Below the pieces are notes generated by a model that saw only the letters and a program-made list of their open reading frames with translations, did no database searches and had not been told where the DNA came from. This document shows positions 25,715-32,000 of a stretch of 32,000 bases of DNA, piece by piece. Each line of letters opens with the position of its first letter. The stretch's first letter is position 1. This stretch comes from Acidothermus cellulolyticus 11B. GTDB lineage: Bacteria > Actinomycetota > Actinomycetes > Acidothermales > Acidothermaceae. The translations under genes and the position numbers were made by a program. The stretch is from contig NC_008578.1 of assembly GCF_000015025.1 (NCBI RefSeq), positions 240,001 to 272,000 of the forward strand. The letters are read 5' to 3'.

Positions 25715-26541
25715 TGCCCGCCCGCGAGTTGCCGGGATCGGTCTCGTGCCGCTTCCAGTGCGGCAAGTAGGGCCGCTCGGACGCCGTGCCGTTCCAATTC
25801 GCGAATTGCTGCAATCGTCGTTCCCCCCGGAGAGGTGACCGCTTCCCGCAGAGCCACCGGGTGCTCGCCGGATTCCCGGAGCATGACGGCAGAGCCGTAG
25901 ATGGTCTGCACGATGAGGTCGTGGGCAACCGATCGGGGCAGCCCGAGGAGGATACCGGCGTCCGTCATCGCCTCGACGAGAAAGAAAACGTACGCCGGAC
26001 CGCTGCCCGAGAGTGCGGTCACCGCGTCCAGCTGGCTCTCCGGCAGGCGCAGGACCTTGCCCACGGGACGGAAAATCGCCTCAGCCCGGGCCAGATGCTC
26101 CTCGGTCGCATTCGACCCGGGCGCGAGCACGCTCATCGCTTCGCCAACCAGGGCGGGCGTATTCGGCATGACACGGATCACCGGCACGCCTTCCACCAGC
26201 CGCCGCTCAATGGCCGACGTCGTAATGCCGGCCGCGATGGTGACGACCAGCCGCTCCGGGGTGACCGCCGGTGACAGCTCGGTCAGCAGATCGTCCATGT
26301 CCTGCGGTTTGACCGCCAGCACGAGAGTGTCGGCTGTTTTCGCCGCCTCGAGATTGCTCACCGCGCGCACCTGATACCGCTCGGTCATCTCCCGTGCCCG
26401 CGCCGGATACCGCTCGGTGATGACGAGTTTCTCCGCGGGGAGTCCCGCCTTCAGCAGGCCGGAAATCAGCGCCTCGCCCATTTTCCCCGCGCCAAGGACC
26501 GCGATGGTGTCGCCGTGGTCCTGCATCGACAGGTCGGTCAT
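25711..26541 (-). CDS. proC: Pyrroline-5-carboxylate reductase
   Basis: In-frame ATG 26541 (MTDLSMQDHGDTIAVLGAGKMGEALISGLL) of track ORF 25711..26622 (-). Rossmann motif GAGKMG, MPNTPALVGEAMS, GSGPAYVFFLVEAMTDAG and TSPGGTTIAAIRELE. ATGA overlap with the proline dehydrogenase stop. Confidence 0.9.
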   Translation of the reverse strand: MTDLSMQDHGDTIAVLGAGKMGEALISGLLKAGLPAEKLVITERYPARAREMTERYQVRAVSNLEAAKTADTLVLAVKPQDMDDLLTELSPAVTPERLVVTIAAGITTSAIERRLVEGVPVIRVMPNTPALVGEAMSVLAPGSNATEEHLARAEAIFRPVGKVLRLPESQLDAVTALSGSGPAYVFFLVEAMTDAGILLGLPRSVAHDLIVQTIYGSAVMLRESGEHPVALREAVTSPGGTTIAAIRELERHGVRAALLAALEAARDRSRQLAGGQ

Positions 26542-27491
26542 TTCTTGCTCCCCAGCGCCCGAAGGAAGAACGCCACGTTGGCCGGCCGTTCCGCGAGCCG
26601 TCGCATCAGGTACGGATACCACTGACCGCCGTACGGAACGTAGACCCGCACCCGCTCGCCGCGGCGGACCAGACGCTGCTGCTCATCCGGCCGGACGCCG
26701 TACAGCATCTGGAATTCGTACGTGTCCTTGCCCCGGCCCGCTTGGGTCGCCATCACCGAGGCGATCGCGATGAGCCGCGGATCGTGGGTCGCCACCATGG
26801 GGTAACCCGAGCCGCGCATGAGAATCCGCAGGCAGCGGACGAAATTGCGGTCCACCTCGTGGCGGCGGGTGAACGCCACCTCCGCCGGTTCGCGGTACGC
26901 CCCCTTGCAGAGCCGGACGCGCGCCCCGGCTTCGGCGAGTTCGCGGCAATCCGCGAGCGATCGGCGCAAATATGCCTGGATGACGCAGCCGACGCTTGGG
27001 AATTCCCGCCGCAGCTCGGCGACTATCGCCAGGGTGTCGTCCGTGGTGGTGTGGTCCTCCATGTCGAAGGTGACCATTGTTCCCGCGGCCTGCGCGGCGG
27101 CACAGATCTCACGGGCGAGGTCGAGGGCAACGCGACGCGGCTCCTCCGGTGACCCGACCGACGCGTTCCCGGCAAGACCCAATCCGAGTGCCGAGAGTTT
27201 GAGGGAAATCTCCACCTCGGCCGCGAGCCCCGCTTGTTCGATCGCCGCTGCCAGTTCCCGGTACGCCTCGGCGGTTGCGCGCGCCTGGCTCAGGTCGCGG
27301 ACCTGCTCCCCCAGCCGATCGAGACTGACGAGCAGGCCGTCCGCGACGAGCTGCCGCGCGACCGCGAGCCCGTCCGCAACCTCGGTGCCTGCGACAAATC
27401 GATGGACGACGGCGCGGGTGGGTGGTGCTGTTGCGATGAGCCGGCGCAGCGTCTGACTATCGGCGGCCTCGAGGATGAGGCGGCGCAGCAT
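26538..27491 (-). CDS. Monofunctional proline dehydrogenase (PRODH, FAD-dependent beta8-alpha8 barrel)
   Basis: In-frame ATG 27491 (MLRRLILEAAD...) of track ORF 26538..27788 (-), with a GAGAAGGGAAG SD upstream. Motifs: ISLKLSALG, FDMEDH, VRLCKGAY, ATHDP, YEFQMLYGV, VYVPYG..WYPYLMRRLAERPAN. Confidence 0.85.
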   Translation of the reverse strand: MLRRLILEAADSQTLRRLIATAPPTRAVVHRFVAGTEVADGLAVARQLVADGLLVSLDRLGEQVRDLSQARATAEAYRELAAAIEQAGLAAEVEISLKLSALGLGLAGNASVGSPEEPRRVALDLAREICAAAQAAGTMVTFDMEDHTTTDDTLAIVAELRREFPSVGCVIQAYLRRSLADCRELAEAGARVRLCKGAYREPAEVAFTRRHEVDRNFVRCLRILMRGSGYPMVATHDPRLIAIASVMATQAGRGKDTYEFQMLYGVRPDEQQRLVRRGERVRVYVPYGGQWYPYLMRRLAERPANVAFFLRALGSKK

Positions 27492-27580
27492 GTCGCTTCC
27501 CTTCTCGCCCCGCGGGCGGCGCCCGTCCGTACGCCTCAGGCTATCCGGCGACGACCATGGCCGGCACCGTGCTGGTGCGG

Positions 27581-28378
27581 TCAGGCGGTTGGTGTCGTGG
27601 TGTGCAGCGCGGCGCGGGCGAACCGCAACGCTTCCGCCAGCGCCTCGGCGCGTTCGGCGTGGGAGCGCGCCTTGGAGGTGTTCACTTCGACGGTCACGGC
27701 TCCGGGCAGATTCCGGCCGGCGACGACGCCAAGGATGGCGGCGCACGGTTGGCGCCCGCGGCCCGGCACGAGATGTTCGTCCAGCCATGAGCCGGAGCCG
27801 TCCGCGAGATGGACGTGCGCGATCCGGTCGCCGAGCGACCGGGCCAGGACGAGGCCGTCCTGACCGGCGGCCGCGGCATGCGAAATGTCCAGCGTCACGT
27901 GGGGGTAATCAAAATCCAGCGGTGACCAGGACGGCGCATACGTTGCGATGGACAGCCCAAGGGGTCCCCGCTGCGGGTACATGTTCTCCACGGCAAAGAC
28001 CACGTCGGTCTCTTCGGCCATGCGGCTCAATCCGGAGACGAATTGCCGGGCGTATCCCCGCTGCCAGGCGAACGGCGGGTGGGTCACCACGGTCCGTGCG
28101 CCGAGGCGTTCGGCGAGCAACTGGGCGCGGGTCAATTTCGCCCACGGCTCGGTTCCCCAAATGCGTTGGGTGAGCAGCAGGCACGGCGAATGGACGGCGA
28201 CCACCGGCATCTGGTGGTAGTCGGCGAGCCGGCGCAGTGCGGTGGCGTCCTGGCTCACCGGGTCCGCGTTCACCATGACTTCTATGCCGTCGTACCCCAG
28301 GCGCGCCGCAATTTCGAAAGCGACGGCTGTCGACTCCGGCCAGACCGAGGAGGTGGAGAGCGCGACCTGAATCGGCAC
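27581..28378 (-). CDS. Sugar phosphate isomerase/epimerase (xylose isomerase-like TIM barrel, Rv0498-like)
   Basis: Track ORF 27581..28378 (-), GTG start, 265 aa. Strings: [42 protein letters not shown]. Confidence 0.8.
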   Translation of the reverse strand: MPIQVALSTSSVWPESTAVAFEIAARLGYDGIEVMVNADPVSQDATALRRLADYHQMPVVAVHSPCLLLTQRIWGTEPWAKLTRAQLLAERLGARTVVTHPPFAWQRGYARQFVSGLSRMAEETDVVFAVENMYPQRGPLGLSIATYAPSWSPLDFDYPHVTLDISHAAAAGQDGLVLARSLGDRIAHVHLADGSGSWLDEHLVPGRGRQPCAAILGVVAGRNLPGAVTVEVNTSKARSHAERAEALAEALRFARAALHTTTPTA

Positions 28379-28384
28379 ATGTCG

Positions 28385-28407
28385 AGGGTATGCCGACTCG
28401 CTAAGGT
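28385..28407. promoter_or_regulatory. Back-to-back -10 hexamers for two divergent, probably leaderless genes
   Basis: The whole divergent intergenic region is only 35 nt (28379-28413). On the plus strand, TAAGGT (28402-28407) lies exactly 6 nt before GTG 28414. On the minus strand, TACCCT (28390-28385) lies exactly 6 nt before GTG 28378. Both fit the TAnnnT-N6-start geometry of leaderless actinobacterial transcripts. Confidence 0.4.
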
Positions 28408-28413
28408 GACCTA

Positions 28414-29040
28414 GTGACCAGGACCATCGTCCACCTGCTGCGCCATGGCGAGGTGTTCAACCCCCGCCACGTGCTGTACGGCCGGTTACCAGGCTTCCAC
28501 CTGTCGGAAGCCGGTCTGCTGATGGCAAAGCGCGCGGCGGAGGCGCTGACCGGTCATGACGTCGTCCTCGTGCTGTCGTCACCGTTGGAGCGGGCGCGGG
28601 AGACTGCTGAGCCGGTCGCCGCCCGGTTCGGCGTACCGGTTGAGATCGACGAGCGGCTGATCGAGGCGACGAACGCGTTCGAGGGTCAACGGGTCGGTGA
28701 CGGTGCGCTCCGGCGTCCGCGCAGTTGGTGGCTGGTCCGCAACCCGTGGCGGCCGTCCTGGGGCGAGCCGTACGTGGAGGTGGCCGCCCGGATGTGGGCC
28801 GCGGTCCAGGACGCGCGGCGGCGGGCGGCCGGCCATGAGGCGGTCTGTGTCAGCCATCAGCTGCCGATATGGACGGTGCGGCGCATGCTCGAGCGTCGTC
28901 CGCTCTGGCATCATCCCGGACGCCGCCAGTGCGCCCTGGGCAGCATCACCAGCCTGGTCTTCGACGACGAGGCGGTCGTCGCGGTGACGTACGCCGAGCC
29001 GTCCGGGCGTGCCGGGATCGGCGAACTCGCCGGAGCGTGA
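28414..29040 (+). CDS. Histidine phosphatase family protein (phosphoglycerate mutase-like, Rv0525-like)
   Basis: Track ORF 28414..29040, GTG start. It has the catalytic RHGE motif ([10 protein letters not shown]), [11 protein letters not shown] and a later VSHQ histidine. It is positioned upstream of the ccs genes, as in other actinobacteria. Confidence 0.85.
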   Translation: MTRTIVHLLRHGEVFNPRHVLYGRLPGFHLSEAGLLMAKRAAEALTGHDVVLVLSSPLERARETAEPVAARFGVPVEIDERLIEATNAFEGQRVGDGALRRPRSWWLVRNPWRPSWGEPYVEVAARMWAAVQDARRRAAGHEAVCVSHQLPIWTVRRMLERRPLWHHPGRRQCALGSITSLVFDDEAVVAVTYAEPSGRAGIGELAGA

Positions 29041-29163
29041 CGCCGGGTGCGCCGACCCCTGATCCCGATGGTCGGCTCTCCCCCTCATGCCGGCTCGTGG
29101 CGACGACGTCGGCAGAATGGAGCCGCAGTCGACGAGGGGACTCCGGTGGCGATCTGGCAGTAC

Positions 29164-29787
29164 ATGCACGACCAACCAGGCGCCGGACGCCGCGGCTGCT
29201 CGGGTCGGCGTTTCTTTACGCAAGGATTCCGCAGCCTCGTTGCCTGCTGCGTCGTCGTGCTCCTGGCCGGCTGCGCAGCGTCGCGCGCCGCGGATAGCAC
29301 CACGGTCGTCAACGGCAAGGCGGCGATTACTCGATTCGCCGCGGGGGACCGGCCGGCGGCGCCGATGGTGAGCGGGACGGACCTCTCCGGCCGTCCATTG
29401 AGCCTCGCGCAGTTTCGCGGCACGGTCATCGTGCTGAATTTCTGGGCGTCCTGGTGCCCGCCGTGCCGGTCGGAAGCCGCCGCGCTCGAACAGGTCTACA
29501 CCGAGACCAAGGCTCTCGGTGTTCACTTCGTCGGTGTGGACATTCGGGAGAACGGGCCGAACGACGGGCCCGCCTTCGTTGCCGATCACCACATCAGCTA
29601 TCCGAGTTTCGCGGATCCGTCCGCGTCGATTGCCTTGCAGTTCCGTGGTTCGGGCATCAATCCGGCACTTCCGCCGAGCACTCTCGTCATCGACCGCAGC
29701 GGGCGCATTGCCGCCCGGGCACTGGGTGAACTGACGTATAACCCGCTGAAGGCGCTGGTTCTCGACGTGGTCCGGGAGTCGTCGTGA
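29164..29787 (+). CDS. TlpA/ResA-family thiol-disulfide oxidoreductase lipoprotein (thioredoxin fold, WCPPC)
   Basis: In-frame ATG 29164 of track ORF 29047..29787. GTG 29047 is the alternative start. Signal peptide and lipobox VVVLLAGC. Active site [13 protein letters not shown]. It ends in a GTGA overlap with ccdA. Confidence 0.85.
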   Translation: MHDQPGAGRRGCSGRRFFTQGFRSLVACCVVVLLAGCAASRAADSTTVVNGKAAITRFAAGDRPAAPMVSGTDLSGRPLSLAQFRGTVIVLNFWASWCPPCRSEAAALEQVYTETKALGVHFVGVDIRENGPNDGPAFVADHHISYPSFADPSASIALQFRGSGINPALPPSTLVIDRSGRIAARALGELTYNPLKALVLDVVRESS

Positions 29788-30551
29788 CGATGGCATCGAT
29801 CGCGACGACGTTTCAGCACACGGTGCTCTCCGGGTCGTTGCTTCTCGCGATACCGGTCGCCGCCCTTGCCGGTCTGGTCTCGTTTCTCTCGCCGTGCGTC
29901 GTGCCGCTCGTCCCGGGATATCTCGCGTACGTCACGGGTATGTCCGGCGCCGAGTTGGGCGACGGCAGTGTCCGCAAGAGCCGGATGCTCGCCGGCAGCG
30001 CACTTTTCGTGGTGGGATTTTCGATTGCTCTCACGCTCGGTGGGGCGCTCTTCGGCTATGTCGGCTCGACCCTGGCGGCGCACCGCGACGTCGTCTACCG
30101 AGTTCTCGGGGTTGTGGTCATCGTCTTCGGTTGCGTGTTTCTCGGACTTTTTCCCGGCCTGCAGCGGGAGATCCGCATCCACCGGTTGCCGGCAGCCGGT
30201 CTTGCCGCCGCCCCGATCGTCGGTTTCGCCTTCGGCGTGGGGTGGACGCCGTGCCTCGGCCCGACCCTCGGTGCCGTGCAGGCGCTTGCGCTGGCCGGAT
30301 CGAGCGCAAGTCAAGGCGCGCTGCTCACATTTGTGTACTGCCTGGGTCTCGGTATTCCCTTCATTCTCGTTGCAATTGGGTTCCGCCGAGCCCTCGGTGC
30401 GCTCGCCGTCGTCCGGCGGCACCAGCGGCTGGTGAGCACCGTCGGTGGTGTCATGCTGCTGCTTGTGGGTTTCCTGCTCGTCAGCGGCTTGTGGAACGTC
30501 GTCGTCGGAGCATTGCAGCACCTCGTCACGGGATATACGGCGCCGCTATGA
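29784..30551 (+). CDS. ccdA: Cytochrome c biogenesis protein CcdA (DsbD-family thiol:disulfide transporter)
   Basis: Track ORF 29784..30551 (GTG; ATG 29790 is also possible). Six hydrophobic helices. Conserved SFLSPCVVPLVPGYL and VGWTPCLGP cysteine motifs. Confidence 0.9.
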   Translation: MTMASIATTFQHTVLSGSLLLAIPVAALAGLVSFLSPCVVPLVPGYLAYVTGMSGAELGDGSVRKSRMLAGSALFVVGFSIALTLGGALFGYVGSTLAAHRDVVYRVLGVVVIVFGCVFLGLFPGLQREIRIHRLPAAGLAAAPIVGFAFGVGWTPCLGPTLGAVQALALAGSSASQGALLTFVYCLGLGIPFILVAIGFRRALGALAVVRRHQRLVSTVGGVMLLLVGFLLVSGLWNVVVGALQHLVTGYTAPL

Positions 30552-32000
30552 CCGACCTCTCCGAATCCCGCACGGACCGCGTCGCACCGGACGTGGCTGC
30601 AGTCCGCGATCACGTTCAGCTGACTCGTGATGGTGTAACGGTTGCCGAGAACGCCGACGGCGTAGCGGCCGCGGAGACCGCCGATGGTGCAGCGGCTGCG
30701 GAGACCGATGATGGTGCAGCGGCTGCGGAGACCGATGAATTCGGCACCCGGCAACGGGCCCGTCGTCCTGCGGTGGCTTCGCTCCTCGCCGTACTCCGCT
30801 GGGTGTGGTATTCGCTCACGTCAATGCGGACCGCTCTGATTCTGCTTTTCTTGCTGGCACTTGCGGCGATTCCCGGATCCATCCTGCCGCAGCGGGGTGG
30901 TGCGAATCCGGCGGCGGTGGCCGCATTCTTCAGCCGGCATCCGACCCTTGCACCCATTCTCGACCACCTGGGCGCTTTCAACGTGTACGGCTCGGCGTGG
31001 TTTGCCGCCGTCTATCTGCTGCTGTTCATTTCACTTGCCGGATGTGTCGTGCCGCGGGCATTCCGGCACGCGGCGATGTTGCGGACCCCGCCGCCGCCGA
31101 CCCCGCGGAATCTCCACCGCCTACCGGCATATTGTCGGTGGGAGACGACCCTGCCGGCACGTGACGCGGTCCGCGCCGCCCGGCAGGTGCTTGCGCGTCG
31201 ACATTTCCGTCTCCGCGTCGACGATCAAACGTTGGCGGTCTCCGCGGAACGCGGTCAGCTGCGGGAAACCGGCAACCTCGTCTTTCACATCGCCCTGCTG
31301 GTGGTATTGCTCGGCATTGCGGTGACCTCGGGATTCGGCTTCACCGGAACCGTCATTCTCAAAGAGCACGACACCTTCGCCGACACACAAATCGCCTACG
31401 ACAGTTTCTCGGCCGGCCGCATGGTCAATGTGGGCGCGCTGCCGCCGTTCACCTTCACGCTCGACGCATTTCGGGCCAGCTTCGTCCAATCCGGTCCGAC
31501 GCGTGGTGCTGCGGCGGATTACCGGGCGACAGTGACGTGGCAGCCGCGGCCCGGCGCGCCGATGCGGACGTCGGAGATTTCCGTCAACCATCCGCTCACT
31601 GTGGACGGGGTGAATGTGTACCTCACCGGCCACGGCTACGCGCCGCATTTCCGGATCCGCGACGGTTCGGGGCGCGTCTTCGACGAGACAGTGCCGTTCC
31701 TGCCTCGGGATGGCGTCTTCACTTCCCAGGGCGTGGTGAAGCTGCCGGACGCGAAGCCACAGCAGCTGGGCATCAGCGGGTTCTTCCTGCCGACCGCCGC
31801 GGCGGATCCGGTGACCGGGCAGCCGATTTCGATTTTCCCGGCGCCCGACAATCCGGTGGTGGTCCTTGGCGTCTTCGGTGGGAATCTCGGCTTGGATTCC
31901 GGTATCCCGCAATCGGTCTACACGTTGGACACCACGAAGATGCACCTGCTCGGCAAGGGAATTCTGCGCCCGGGCCAGACCCTGACGCTTCCTGATGGCC
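30548..32000 (+). CDS. resB: Cytochrome c biogenesis protein ResB/CcsB (3' end beyond the window)
   Basis: Not in the ORF track because it runs off the edge. ATG 30548 forms an ATGA overlap with the ccdA stop. I translated the frame by hand to about 31740 with no stop and did not check the last ~260 nt. The translation contains LRWVWYSLTSMRTALILLFLLALAAIPGSILPQR, AWFAAVYLLLFISLAGC, GNLVFHIALLVVLLG and VNHPLTVDGVNVYLTGHGYAP, all typical of ResB. Confidence 0.85.
   Translation, partial: MTDLSESRTDRVAPDVAAVRDHVQLTRDGVTVAENADGVAAAETADGAAAAETDDGAAAAETDEFGTRQRARRPAVASLLAVLRWVWYSLTSMRTALILLFLLALAAIPGSILPQRGGANPAAVAAFFSRHPTLAPILDHLGAFNVYGSAWFAAVYLLLFISLAGCVVPRAFRHAAMLRTPPPPTPRNLHRLPAYCRWETTLPARDAVRAARQVLARRHFRLRVDDQTLAVSAERGQLRETGNLVFHIALLVVLLGIAVTSGFGFTGTVILKEHDTFADTQIAYDSFSAGRMVNVGALPPFTFTLDAFRASFVQSGPTRGAAADYRATVTWQPRPGAPMRTSEISVNHPLTVDGVNVYLTGHGYAPHFRIRDGSGRVFDETVPFLPRDGVFTSQGVVKLPDAKPQQLGISGFFLPTAAADPVTGQPISIFPAPDNPVVVLGVFGGNLGLDSGIPQSVYTLDTTKMHLLGKGILRPGQTLTLPDG
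30653..30733 (+). repeat. Three tandem 27-nt units (in-frame nonapeptide repeat [A/D]DG[V/A]AAAET) in the resB 5' region
   Basis: gccgacggcgtagcggccgcggagacc (30653-30679), gccgatggtgcagcggctgcggagacc (30680-30706) and gatgatggtgcagcggctgcggagacc (30707-30733), followed by a partial gatgaa. Confidence 0.9.

Noticed and set aside
20798-30733. The tandem repeats (18-nt x4, 15-nt x2, 26-nt x2, 27-nt x3) as possible CRISPR arrays.
   Set aside because: The units are directly adjacent or separated by only 3 nt, with no unique spacers. There are at most 4 copies, most are in-frame within genes, and there are no cas genes.

Overview
This is a very GC-rich chromosomal segment of actinobacterial type, with strong G/C bias at third codon positions and many long antisense shadow ORFs. 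It is densely packed with mostly housekeeping genes. I found no rRNA, tRNA, CRISPR array, transposase, integrase or obvious defence island.

Gene order, left to right:
- 261-3151 (+): a co-directional trio of an orphan CheW-domain protein, a lipase-maturation-factor (LMF1)-family membrane protein and a Cys-rich YkgJ-like protein.
- 3009-5939 (-): a roughly 980-aa polytopic GT-C/PTPS-related-like membrane protein, convergent with and overlapping the trio.
- 6009-9979 (+): radA (preceded by a textbook RecA-NDp/PafBC-type promoter and probably leaderless), disA, and a putrescine-aminotransferase-like class-III aminotransferase.
- 10043-20322 (-): a roughly 10 kb array, rex-hemA-hemC-hemD(cobA fusion)-hemB-[HAD phosphatase / beta-propeller lipoprotein / secreted phosphoesterase]-hemL. 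It has an upstream Rex operator and many 4-nt ATGA start/stop overlaps.
- 20450-23458: a repeat-containing lipoprotein, a glutaredoxin-like protein, a secreted CAP-domain protein, a 32-aa bS22 ribosomal protein gene missing from the ORF track, and an excisionase-family HTH protein.
- 23734-28378 (-): a sugar-phosphate isomerase, then proline dehydrogenase, proC, an AcuC-like deacetylase and a conserved 'phosphatase-like' protein.
- 28414-32000 (+): the start of the system II cytochrome c maturation cluster (histidine phosphatase, TlpA/ResA, ccdA, resB running off the window).

Nothing here is a clear-cut new system. The most unusual items are:
- the CheW/LMF/Cys-rich trio;
- the three-gene phosphoesterase module spliced into the heme operon;
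- the translationally coupled proline dehydrogenase-ProC pair;
- an apparent roughly 18 kb inversion relative to conserved actinobacterial synteny, ending in a 35-bp divergent junction with back-to-back leaderless-type -10 boxes;
- several short in-frame or intergenic tandem repeats.

All functional calls rest on motif recognition in the supplied translations. No searches were run.
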